Below the pieces are notes generated by a model, which saw only the letters and a list, made by a program, of their open reading frames with translations, was not told the origin of the DNA and did no database searches. From the NCBI GenBank assembly GCA_050951545.1, contig JBMNJG010000002.1, forward strand, positions 1-64,000: a DNA stretch of 64,000 bases, in the 5' to 3' direction. Below, piece by piece: positions 39,200 through 48,295 of the stretch (its first letter is position 1; every line of letters starts with the position of its first letter). This DNA is from Limnochordia bacterium (lineage in GTDB: Bacteria > Bacillota > Limnochordia > DTU080). Made by a program: the position numbers and the translations under genes.

Positions 39200-39658
39200 C
39201 TACTCACCATCTTTGTAATGGTAGCCAGCCATCACGAGCCCACCAATCTGAACTGCGTCTTCGGGAAGAGCATCACCCAGCTCAAGCCCTTCTTCTAAGT
39301 CCAGAAGGCTTTCGTACAGCGCATCGAAGCGACTGTCGCGATAGGCCTGCTTAAGCAACTGCTCTGGCCACGTACCATACCAGGCGTAGCCGAGCTGCCG
39401 CTCAAGCTCCGAAACCGGGACATCAATATAGACTTTGCCCGTCTGCATACCGCGGATGATCCGTTCCCCAAGAGCCCTGGCTTCATCGGTGCCCCACCAC
39501 TCCAAAGGCTGGCTGACAACCTGCCCGTACTCCATCCACATGGTGGAGGTAGCCCCGAGGGCCGCCTGAGTACTAGCGGTCGCCATCGAGCAGACCAGTA
39601 TCCATAGCAGTATCAAGTGGAGCGAGGCCTTCGAAACCCGTTTCGCAGATCTCATCAT
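39200..39658 (-). CDS. Small secreted protein; internally deleted in-frame miniature of the adjacent PL10 gene
   Basis: Signal peptide plus four segments colinear with 36217-39138, including a 23-nt exact match (39277-39299 = 36438-36460). May be a pseudogene. Confidence 0.7.
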   Translation of the reverse strand: MMRSAKRVSKASLHLILLWILVCSMATASTQAALGATSTMWMEYGQVVSQPLEWWGTDEARALGERIIRGMQTGKVYIDVPVSELERQLGYAWYGTWPEQLLKQAYRDSRFDALYESLLDLEEGLELGDALPEDAVQIGGLVMAGYHYKDGE

Positions 39659-39814
39659 TACAACGCCCTCTTCCTAGACTGAAGAAATCGCAGCATCCCC
39701 TAAGGACTCAGACCTGTCCTGAGGCTTTACAAAGCACTACGCGCAACAATTCCCGCCAGTAGAGTTTCGTTCGTTTTGCATATTCCCTACTCCTGCCCAT
39801 TGCATAGTTGGATA

Positions 39815-39984
39815 GCGCCAGTACTGTATGATGCAGCGCCAGCTTGCTTTCCCGTCCGGCAGCGCATCTGTGACAAGTGGGGAAACCTGTGACCATTGCT
39901 CTACCCTGGCATTCGTGGCGTACTATCTGTGGAAAAAGGAGACACGGATGCATGTGTCATTTCGGCATCTGCATGGGCGCGTGC
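39815..39984 (+). repeat. Diverged ~170-bp copy of 45394-45564 (terminator, leader and first codons of the PrcB-like gene)
   Basis: Shared TTGCTTTCCCGTCCGGCAGCGCAT and CTGTGACCATTGCTCTACCCTG blocks; MHVSFRHLHGRV vs MHLSSRHLYGRV. Confidence 0.85.
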
Positions 39985-40023
39985 GGAGCGCCGACGAGCT
40001 GCCCATCGCCAAGTCGCGGCTGC

Positions 40024-40052
40024 TTGACTCTTCATCGCAATGATGGTACTAT
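40024..40052 (+). promoter_or_regulatory. Sigma-A promoter of the DEAD-box helicase
   Basis: TTGACT-17bp-TACTAT with TGn extension. Confidence 0.65.
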
Positions 40053-40325
40053 GCTAGAAGATGGCTAATACTTGTGGCCACGCGGACTCGCTCCGGTGGC
40101 CTTTCGCATTTGTGCCGTCTCTCACCCCTTGCGACATTTGGGTCCCCTCGGCTAGCACCGAAACCGAAATAGTACTCTTGGGGGCATCAACCCCTATCCA
40201 GCACAGGCGGTGGGAGCATTATTGCCCCAGCCAGGAGAGCTATGCCTCACCGTTGCTCTGACGGATCCTACTCAAGCATTGGGAAATACGAGTCACCCGG
40301 CGATGGCCGGAGAAGGACGGGTTTA

Positions 40326-41933
40326 ATGGAACATAATGGTCTAACGTTGTTCACTCAGCTAGCTATTAACGATCAGCTCCTGCGAGCTATTGACGATCTG
40401 GGTTTTGAGGAACCTTCTCCAATCCAGACACAGGCGATTCCGCCTGCATTGCGGGGCGAGGACCTCATAGGTCAGGCTCAGACGGGCACAGGCAAGACTG
40501 CCGCGTTCGCGATCCCCATCCTCCAGAATCTGTCGCCCGCGATGCGTAACCGACGTGGTCCGCTTGCACTCGTCGTAACTCCTACAAGGGAGTTGGCCAT
40601 TCAGGTCACAGAAGAGTTCCGCCGTCTTGCCCGGCATACGTCTTGCCAGGCCTTACCCATCTACGGTGGTCAACCGATCGGCCGTCAGATCAAGGGCCTG
40701 CGGCAGGGCGTCGATGTGGTTATCGGTACACCAGGAAGACTGCTTGACCACCTGTCCAGACGCACACTAACACTTCACAGCGTGAACACGGTGGTGCTCG
40801 ACGAAGCAGACGAAATGATGGCCATGGGGTTCATCGACGATATCGAGAGCATCTTGAAGATGACTCCCCCACAGCGCCAGACCCTCTTGTTCTCGGCGAC
40901 GATGCCCCCAGCGATCGCGCGCTTGGCGGTCAAGTACATGCGCAATCCGGTGCGCATCACAATCCAGCCTGAACACGTGGTGGCCCCCGACATTGAGCAG
41001 ATCTACTACGAGGTGCCGCCCCATGCCCGCTTTGAAGCACTCTATCGCATCATCGACAGCGAGGCTATTCAGCGGGCGATCATCTTCTGTCGCACAAAGC
41101 GAGGCGCCGACGAGCTAGCGGACCGGTTACGCGATCGTGGATACTTGGCCGATGCCCTCCATGGCGATCTGGAGCAGCGCCAACGCGACCGGGTGATGTA
41201 CGCTTTCCGTAACGGCGATATCGACCTATTGGTTGCCACGGACGTTGCGGCCCGCGGGCTAGACGTAGAGAACGTCACGCATGTGATCAACTACGATATC
41301 CCCACGGACCCCGAATCGTACGTCCATCGCATTGGCCGGACTGGCCGGGCTGGCCGATCGGGCATTGCTATGACTCTAATTCACCCCAAAGAACGTCGCA
41401 CACTATCGCTGATTGAGCGTCTGACTGGTGTTCGCATCAAGCGCCGCATCGTCCCTACCCCAGCGATTGTGGCAGAGCGGCAGCGAGAGATATGGCGTGA
41501 GCGCCTGGTCAAGACCCTCGACAGGGACAACTTGGCCACCTATCGGGGGATCATTGAGGAACTGCTTGACGAGTATGACTCTGTGGATGTTGGAGCTGCG
41601 GCCTTCAAGCTTCTTTTGGACGGCGCGAATGGGCAGACTCGCTCGGATCCAATGGGTCCGGCTACGGAATTCGGCAACACTGGTTCCGAGAGAGGAATGA
41701 CGCGTTTTTTCATCAACATCGGACGCAAAGAAGGAGTCACTCCTGCCAGTATCGTCCGTGGTGTCTCAGAGCAAGCCAGCATCTCAGGCGCAGTGATAGG
41801 CAAGATAGACATCCATGAGAGCTTCGCCTTTTTCGAGGTGCCTTTGGACTTGGCGTCCAGTGTCGCAGGGGCCATGCGACAGGGCGAGATTAAGGGCCGT
41901 GCGATTAACATCGAGCCAGCGCGCGTTCGGTAG
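40326..41933 (+). CDS. cshA: DEAD-box RNA helicase with DbpA-type RNA-binding C-terminus (CshA/DeaD)
   Basis: Q motif GFEEPSPIQ, AQTGTGKT, PTRELA, LDEADEM, SAT, TDVAARGLD, HRIGRTGRAG, RFFINIGR..IGKIDI. Confidence 0.93.
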   Translation: MEHNGLTLFTQLAINDQLLRAIDDLGFEEPSPIQTQAIPPALRGEDLIGQAQTGTGKTAAFAIPILQNLSPAMRNRRGPLALVVTPTRELAIQVTEEFRRLARHTSCQALPIYGGQPIGRQIKGLRQGVDVVIGTPGRLLDHLSRRTLTLHSVNTVVLDEADEMMAMGFIDDIESILKMTPPQRQTLLFSATMPPAIARLAVKYMRNPVRITIQPEHVVAPDIEQIYYEVPPHARFEALYRIIDSEAIQRAIIFCRTKRGADELADRLRDRGYLADALHGDLEQRQRDRVMYAFRNGDIDLLVATDVAARGLDVENVTHVINYDIPTDPESYVHRIGRTGRAGRSGIAMTLIHPKERRTLSLIERLTGVRIKRRIVPTPAIVAERQREIWRERLVKTLDRDNLATYRGIIEELLDEYDSVDVGAAAFKLLLDGANGQTRSDPMGPATEFGNTGSERGMTRFFINIGRKEGVTPASIVRGVSEQASISGAVIGKIDIHESFAFFEVPLDLASSVAGAMRQGEIKGRAINIEPARVR

Positions 41934-42127
41934 GCTCCCCCAACCCTATCGTGGGCGACTGCGCCGCCCACACCCAAGCGATGGGCGTGGGCGGCCGACG
42001 GTGCTCGCTGGGTTGATAAGATGATCACGGCCTTTGCAGTGCCTGTTGACGCCCTTTCCATACATGCAGCCAGGATAAGGGCTCTTTCAGACGAACCACA
42101 TAGGGCTCACAGGATTCCTGGTTTGGA

Positions 42128-45100
42128 GTGATGAAGCCCATGCGATTGTTTAGGACCCTCGTCAAATTGATGTCACTTAGCCTAACGGTCTCGTTGATCT
42201 GTCTTGCTTGTGTACAGATGGCAGTGGCCGACGCAGCATTCACAGCTTACCTCCGGCCCACTCCATCTGTTCTCAACACGAATAACGAGCATCACCTGAA
42301 GATCCCTTTCTACCAGGCTATTCCCTGCGCTGAGGGCGCACTGCAACCAAGTGCAGCCCGCAGTCTCAGGAGCGCAGAGGGAGTGCCCGTTCCGGCTCAG
42401 GTATCAACTGCCGCGCTATGGCCCGACGGCAGTGTTCGCTGGCTGGCCATCGACGGTGTATGGCCCTCTGAGTTACCTCTTTCAGAAGCTGTCAGGGTGC
42501 AAGTGAGCGACCTGCCCTACACTCCGGCTACCTTCTTGCCCGAGGCGGTTATTCACGCGGTCAGCGTCGACGATGATGAGATTCGCTTGCTTGACCAAAG
42601 CGAGCACACCGTAGCGGTACTTACCCCACAGGCTTCATACATCACGATATCGGAGCCAAAGCAGATCCTTCCCGACTCTCTTCCGGACGATGAGCGTCAG
42701 TACGCCTGGGCAGAGCCCTTGACCTCTCTCAATCCGACAGGCAAGAGCATTCCCCTCAACCTACGTATTCGTGACTGCATCATCGAAGCTGACAATGATC
42801 TCTTCACCGTATACCGTGTCCGAGGCAATGGCGGCGATCAGAATCCCGAGGCAGGACTGGAATGGCAGCTGCGAGTGCGCATCTACCACGTGGTACCTGT
42901 AGTGCGCCTGCAGATGAGTTGGTCATTGCACTGGGACCCCCAAAGCTACGCTCTAACCTCGGCCCAGTGGTCTGCCCGCTTCGTCGCCCCCTTCAATGAA
43001 GTGCACATTTCGGGTGTCAACTCGACCCTGGATGCCTCTCAGGGTAGTGTGCAGCTAGCCGCCGAACCACCTGGCCAGAGCCGACTCACCTATCAAGAGG
43101 CTGAGGTGGCCGAGCGCGATCTACCTGAGCCAGAGTGGCACAGCCTGGCTGCTCGGACAGGCGACAGGTATCTAGGCGTTGGCACTGTACACGCGACGCG
43201 GCTAGGTCCTAACCATGTTGCCGTGCATGATCGTACTATTGAACTGGCTTCGTGGAGCGCAGACCTAGGCTACGGTTTGGATCTGCGTTCAACAGCCTTA
43301 CCAGATGAGTTTGGCCTGGACGCGGTTGACGGAAGAGCCCTCGCCATCGGCGTCACGCGCACCATGGAAAGCAGCCTGGTTTGGGCCTCTAGCGCTGAAC
43401 AAGCTCAGAACCTCGCGGCTCTGGAGGCGAAGCGCGATAACCTGTGGCTCCCCAACAGCACCGATGTCACAGAAAGCCAGGTCTTTGGCCCCTGGAATGA
43501 TGGTACCTTCTTCTCCAACGACGCCTTCTTTGAGGGTTTGAGAGCTAATCTGCACTTTCTCGTGGACTCACGTGATCATTGGCGCTGGAATGGCTGGGCC
43601 AACTTTGGCGATATGCGTACCAACTTCTCCAGCTCTACGCAGACGGATCGAGGCCTATACGCAGAACGTTGGTCCCTGCACGGTCGCTATGGCTGGCGCC
43701 ACGGCTCTGCCGAGCCCTACTACGGTCTGTGGTTGAGTGGCCTAGCCCTGGATGATCGCGCCCTGTGTCTGGCCGCCATCGACTACGCCTTGCACGTCGC
43801 CGACGTAGACGTCTCGCATGCCTCGTTTTTCGATTCGTCTCTGCCTACGGATGGCGGGATGCACCGCAGAAACAAAGATCACTGGAGCGGTTCAGTGCAG
43901 ATGCAGTACACGCCCAGCAGCGGCCTCTACCTGACCCAGTGGCTCACGGGTCACGAACGCCTTCACGAGACTCTGGAGGAGGTGCGCGGCTATGCCACAC
44001 GCCAAGGACGCAGTGGCTCCGCTTTTGCTGCGCAAGCGTGGATAAACCGCTACATGGAGACCAACGACCCCGAAGACCTTCGTCAGGCCCGTGCCCTGTT
44101 GGTGGAGAGTGCCAACGTCTGGGCACGCAACAATCCGAAACCAGAGTTGCGTGACCTGGCGACGCTATACGTGGAAAACTTCAGGCGCACTCTGGACGGT
44201 ATTCCAGTGCTGATTCAGTTTCATGAAGCTACACAAGACCCGGCATATCTCGATGTCATCCTGGAGATGATCCGGGCGCATGGGCTTCCAGACAGTCGCG
44301 ATCCGGCTCTAGCCGAATACCACGGACTCGCTTATCTGCTGCTCAACGGCTTCACCGAAGAGCGCATTGGAGTGAGTCTGGTTAGGCAAGCTCGCCTGCA
44401 CGTGGCCCAGTTACTTTATCCGCAGCGCATTCCGCCTAAGGATCAGTGGAGCTACTTGAACCTGAAGGATTTCGTTCTTACTGGCCTGCAGCCAATCAGC
44501 AGCCCCAGCTACCGAGAGACGGCGGCGATAGGCTGGCGCGCCATCATGGCTCCTGTGGTGTTGCACGCCCTCGGCGTGGAACCCAAAGAGATGACCTTGG
44601 CCGGGCCGAAGACGCTCTACGTAGGACGTGGCGGCCCAACAGAGACCACCCTATCGATCACGCGCCTGCACGATCAAGAGGAGATGCAGGGATATCTCGA
44701 AACCAGGAACCTACCTGAGGGATTGCGCATCTCTCCACATGAGCTCTTCTATCACATCGAACCTGGCAGCAAGCAGATCTCCCTTCCGATAGTGCTGGAG
44801 GCAGCGTCAAGCGTGGCTCCGGAGGCCTATCGTATCTCTTTTGTCGATCCCGAGCGTAGCGAGCTGACGCTAGCTTTCCCAGTGGTAGTGCCGGGCTGGC
44901 GTGTCGTCGATGATTTCCGCCCACCCACGAAAGACTCGTGGTTCGGGAGCTTCAGTTTTGACGTATGCGAAGAGAAGTCAGAAGGCTGGCAGCACGACAC
45001 CACAGATCCCGACGGTGAGCTCTTTGATGACCTGGACCGTCTCTGCCGCGTCGAGCCTACCGCTGAGTATCTGATATACGGTACACCAGGCCTCTACGAT

Positions 45101-45364
45101 TTCACCCTAACGTTCTACGCCCCTGTGGCTACGATGGAGCAAGTGGCCAGTCAGATCGCGTTCGCAGTGACCACAGATGGAGACACTTGGCAGCCCATTC
45201 CAACCCTAATCACGTGGACGGTACAAGGTGAGTATGCCAACGGAACCCTCAGGCCCCAAGAACCAATGTTCCGCGGAGACGGAAAACTCAGGCTGAGCGT
45301 ATCCGCAGGTGGAGATGCCGCCTTTCCGCAGTTGGGGCATCTGGAGATCAGAGGCTGGCAATAG
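42128..45364 (+). CDS. Secreted PcRGLX/YetA (PL26)-like protein, full-length paralog of 26413-29607
   Basis: Colinear with 26413 throughout (WPDGSVRWLAIDGVWPSELPLS, RDHWRWNGWANFGDMRTNF, GGMHRRNKDHWSGSVQMQYTP). Start may be 42131 or 42140. Confidence 0.72.
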   Translation: MMKPMRLFRTLVKLMSLSLTVSLICLACVQMAVADAAFTAYLRPTPSVLNTNNEHHLKIPFYQAIPCAEGALQPSAARSLRSAEGVPVPAQVSTAALWPDGSVRWLAIDGVWPSELPLSEAVRVQVSDLPYTPATFLPEAVIHAVSVDDDEIRLLDQSEHTVAVLTPQASYITISEPKQILPDSLPDDERQYAWAEPLTSLNPTGKSIPLNLRIRDCIIEADNDLFTVYRVRGNGGDQNPEAGLEWQLRVRIYHVVPVVRLQMSWSLHWDPQSYALTSAQWSARFVAPFNEVHISGVNSTLDASQGSVQLAAEPPGQSRLTYQEAEVAERDLPEPEWHSLAARTGDRYLGVGTVHATRLGPNHVAVHDRTIELASWSADLGYGLDLRSTALPDEFGLDAVDGRALAIGVTRTMESSLVWASSAEQAQNLAALEAKRDNLWLPNSTDVTESQVFGPWNDGTFFSNDAFFEGLRANLHFLVDSRDHWRWNGWANFGDMRTNFSSSTQTDRGLYAERWSLHGRYGWRHGSAEPYYGLWLSGLALDDRALCLAAIDYALHVADVDVSHASFFDSSLPTDGGMHRRNKDHWSGSVQMQYTPSSGLYLTQWLTGHERLHETLEEVRGYATRQGRSGSAFAAQAWINRYMETNDPEDLRQARALLVESANVWARNNPKPELRDLATLYVENFRRTLDGIPVLIQFHEATQDPAYLDVILEMIRAHGLPDSRDPALAEYHGLAYLLLNGFTEERIGVSLVRQARLHVAQLLYPQRIPPKDQWSYLNLKDFVLTGLQPISSPSYRETAAIGWRAIMAPVVLHALGVEPKEMTLAGPKTLYVGRGGPTETTLSITRLHDQEEMQGYLETRNLPEGLRISPHELFYHIEPGSKQISLPIVLEAASSVAPEAYRISFVDPERSELTLAFPVVVPGWRVVDDFRPPTKDSWFGSFSFDVCEEKSEGWQHDTTDPDGELFDDLDRLCRVEPTAEYLIYGTPGLYDFTLTFYAPVATMEQVASQIAFAVTTDGDTWQPIPTLITWTVQGEYANGTLRPQEPMFRGDGKLRLSVSAGGDAAFPQLGHLEIRGWQ

Positions 45365-45396
45365 AGCCAATAGCTCTTAGTAACAGCTAAGACGCG

Positions 45397-45429
45397 CCGG
45401 TGCTGTATGATGCAGCACCGGTTTGCTTT
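45397..45429 (+). terminator. Intrinsic terminator after 42128-45364
   Basis: CCGGTGCTGTA-TGA-TGCAGCACCGG + TTTGCTTT. Confidence 0.7.
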
Positions 45430-45527
45430 CCCCGTCCGGCAGCGCATTTGTGCCAGATGCGGAAAACTGTGACCATTGCTCTACCCTGACATTCATGGTG
45501 TACTGCCTGTAGGAGGAGGATACACTT

Positions 45528-46514
45528 ATGCATCTGTCATCTCGACATCTGTATGGGCGCGTGCTAGCGCTCACCATGGCTGTCGTGCTGCTTCTTGCCG
45601 CGCAGTCGGCTGCCGCAAGCATGATCATTCACATGGGAAATGATGCGGCCCTGAAGTGGATCTGGACATCCAAACCAAGTCTGTCCGGAGCCCTCTATGA
45701 ACTCGTCACCAGTGCTGAGCAAGCACAGAAGGTCCTTGGGCGGTTGCCGAAGCATCTGCAGTCGGACGCTTTCAAAGGCATTGACTTTCAACGGCAAGCA
45801 GCCATTGTGGCCTATCTAGGCGAGGCCCCCAGAGGAGGCTACGCGGTAGACATCCATAGTGTACAGATCTCCGGGAGTCAAGTATGGATCAACATCACTC
45901 GGCGTGCACCTGGTGCTGACGAGATTACTACAATGGCCTTGACCTATCCTCTGGCAGTAAAGGCCATTCCCTTGACCGATCTACCAGCAAAGCCATATGA
46001 GGTCCGTTTTGTCGATCAAAACGATGTTCTTCTCGCTCAGGCCACAGTGGGCAATCGTGTACCAGCATCCACCACCTTAGTGCTAGGGAAGAAGAGCATG
46101 TTGCGTTGGCAGTGGACTCGTGACAAGGAGTTGCCCGGTGCGCTGTATGCACTCGTTACATCACGTAGCCAGGCCAACCGTGTGGCTAGCATGCTCCCCG
46201 AGAAGCTAGGCAAAGATGCGTTTCGCGACATCAACTTCAAAAAAGAAGTCGCTGTCGTAGCCTATCTGGGCAATACCTCTCGAAACGGGTACGCCGTGGG
46301 GATCCATAGCGTCGAAGTGACTGGGCAGCAGGTGCGCGTCACAGTTGGGCGACGCTCACGTAGCACGAGCAAGGCTGTAATGAAGAGTGCTCCACAGCTC
46401 TTTGAGGTGAAGTCATTCTCACGCACCGTTCTGCCTAAGGAAGCCTTTACAGTGCAGTTTGTGGACCAAAACAGCACGCCCCTTCCCCAAACGTGTTTCG
46501 TCACACTTCCTTGA
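45528..46514 (+). CDS. Secreted protein with two PrcB C-terminal-like domains
   Basis: Signal peptide (SAA-A); internal duplication IDF..VAYLGEAPRGGYAVDIHSV / INF..VAYLGNTSRNGYAVGIHSV; TMALTYP. Confidence 0.8.
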   Translation: MHLSSRHLYGRVLALTMAVVLLLAAQSAAASMIIHMGNDAALKWIWTSKPSLSGALYELVTSAEQAQKVLGRLPKHLQSDAFKGIDFQRQAAIVAYLGEAPRGGYAVDIHSVQISGSQVWINITRRAPGADEITTMALTYPLAVKAIPLTDLPAKPYEVRFVDQNDVLLAQATVGNRVPASTTLVLGKKSMLRWQWTRDKELPGALYALVTSRSQANRVASMLPEKLGKDAFRDINFKKEVAVVAYLGNTSRNGYAVGIHSVEVTGQQVRVTVGRRSRSTSKAVMKSAPQLFEVKSFSRTVLPKEAFTVQFVDQNSTPLPQTCFVTLP

Positions 46515-46587
46515 AGACGATGTTTCGCGTGCGGGCATGTCGGCGGTCTCCGATTTCCGCTCAGTGTTCGCCGAACATGTCAGCAAC

Positions 46588-46619
46588 AGGCGGGGGCGCC
46601 AGTGGCCCCCGCCTCTTTT
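46588..46619 (+). terminator. Intrinsic terminator
   Basis: AGGCGGGGGC-loop-GCCCCCGCCT + CTTTT. Confidence 0.8.
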
Positions 46620-46687
46620 CGCCATTGCTGTGTGGCGACGCTGGGGCGATCAGGCTGACCACGGGTAACCGCCATCATGTCCACCTC

Positions 46688-46716
46688 TTGACATGCTAAT
46701 CACGCAAGCGTATGGT
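46688..46716 (+). promoter_or_regulatory. Sigma-A promoter of SBP 46789
   Basis: TTGACA-17bp-TATGGT; conserved in the duplicate at 48195. Confidence 0.75.
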
Positions 46717-46788
46717 TAAATTGTCTCAATCGTAGTTATGTCACGAAGTCTGTTACGATACTACCTCGAAAAAGAAGGGTGATCCAGC

Positions 46789-48084
46789 ATGTCGAGACGG
46801 CTACTCCCATGGGAGCGCCAAGGGATTTTTATTGTTTTCAGCCTAACCATTCTTCTCTCGTCCTTTTCTTTGACTTTCGCCGCTCAGCAATCGATTGAGT
46901 TCATGTACCTCGCCGGGGAGTCTTGGCAGACTGCCTACAACGCACAAATCAGTGCCTTTGAGGCTGCCAATCCGGATATCAAGGTGGACAGGCTGTGGGT
47001 TCAAGATGGCTACGGCACCCGACTCGCCGCGCTCGTAGCAGCTGGTACAGTGCCCGATGTTATCGCTCTGGACATGCATGACATTATGAGCTTTGGCGAC
47101 GAACGCTTTCTCTACGACCTCAACCCCTTCATCCAGAAGACACCTGAGTACCAGTTCAAGAGGGTGGCCATGCCGCTCGTTGATATGTACACTGTGGACG
47201 GCAAGCTCTTCGCTGCCCCTAGCGTGGCTAATCCCTCCCTCTATGTGTACAATATTGATCTCTTTGATCGAGCTGGTCTAGCTCATCCGGTGGACCTGTA
47301 TAGGGCGGATGCCTGGGACTGGTCGGCCTTTCGTGACATGGCCCGCAAGGTTACGCGCAAAGAAGCCGACGGCCGCTTTTCTGTCGTCGGAGCCTCACTT
47401 CATCTGCCCCGTGTCTGGATTGCCGCGAATGGTGGTCGTGAGTTCGATGACTCTAAGCGCCCAACAGAGTGCTCTTACAATAGCCAAGCCAGCATTGAAG
47501 CCATCGAGTTCGTACATAGCCTGATCTGGCAGGACGAGGCCATGCTGCCCGCTGGCAGAATAGCGGGTCAAGTCGGTGCTAATGATGTCGTTGGCTTTGC
47601 ACAAGGCAAAGTGGGTATGTCGAGCCGCTGGATCTCCTACGTCCCACAGTTCACCCAAGGAGCCGCCGATGTGGGCCTGGTACCCTACCCCAAGGCACCG
47701 ACACCACAAGGGCGCTACGCTACCGACTTGGGCAGCTGGGGCATTGCCATCAGTCGGCAGACCAAGAACCTTGACGCAGCCTGGCGCTTCGTCTCTTTCA
47801 TCACCGGACCTGCTGGGTGTACCATTGACGCGAAGATGCCCGGGCGTACCCCTCCACGTCCCCTAAACTTAGCCTGGCTGCCTGCCCAGATAGAGAATCC
47901 GGAGATCTATCCTGACCTGCTGGTTAGCGGTATCGTGCGTGTCATCTCTCACGACCGGAAGAGCCTCCAGAGCATCATTGACCGCGGGATGAACATGGTG
48001 TGGAACAACACCGTGGAACCCAGATCGGCGGCAAGCGAGATCACTCGCCAAATTAACGCTTTCCTAAAGCAAACCCCCCAGTAA
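46789..48084 (+). CDS. Sugar ABC transporter solute-binding protein (tandem copy 1)
   Basis: Signal peptide; FEAANPDIKV, AAGTVPDV, YNIDLFDRAGL, AAWRFV. Confidence 0.92.
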   Translation: MSRRLLPWERQGIFIVFSLTILLSSFSLTFAAQQSIEFMYLAGESWQTAYNAQISAFEAANPDIKVDRLWVQDGYGTRLAALVAAGTVPDVIALDMHDIMSFGDERFLYDLNPFIQKTPEYQFKRVAMPLVDMYTVDGKLFAAPSVANPSLYVYNIDLFDRAGLAHPVDLYRADAWDWSAFRDMARKVTRKEADGRFSVVGASLHLPRVWIAANGGREFDDSKRPTECSYNSQASIEAIEFVHSLIWQDEAMLPAGRIAGQVGANDVVGFAQGKVGMSSRWISYVPQFTQGAADVGLVPYPKAPTPQGRYATDLGSWGIAISRQTKNLDAAWRFVSFITGPAGCTIDAKMPGRTPPRPLNLAWLPAQIENPEIYPDLLVSGIVRVISHDRKSLQSIIDRGMNMVWNNTVEPRSAASEITRQINAFLKQTPQ

Positions 48085-48194
48085 GCCGTTCTTGATTTTC
48101 CACTACTTCGTATCTACAGGGCCGATGCGCTATCTCATGCGCACCGGCCCTTCGCTGTGACAGGATAGCCGTTGTAGCGCATCGTATCCATTTC

Positions 48195-48223
48195 TTGACA
48201 CGCTAATCATGCAGGCGTATGAT
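48195..48223 (+). promoter_or_regulatory. Sigma-A promoter of SBP 48296
   Basis: TTGACA-17bp-TATGAT, overlapped by a TAATCAT..ATGATTA inverted repeat. Confidence 0.8.
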
Positions 48224-48295
48224 TAAATTGTTTCAATCGCAATCATGTCACGAAGTCTGTTACGATACTATCTCGAAAAAGAAGGGTGATTGAAC

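Noticed and set aside
39200-39658. Mini-gene as a DGR template repeat or spliced retro-copy
   Set aside because: No reverse transcriptase in the window, mismatches are not adenine-restricted, and the removed parts are coding domains rather than introns.
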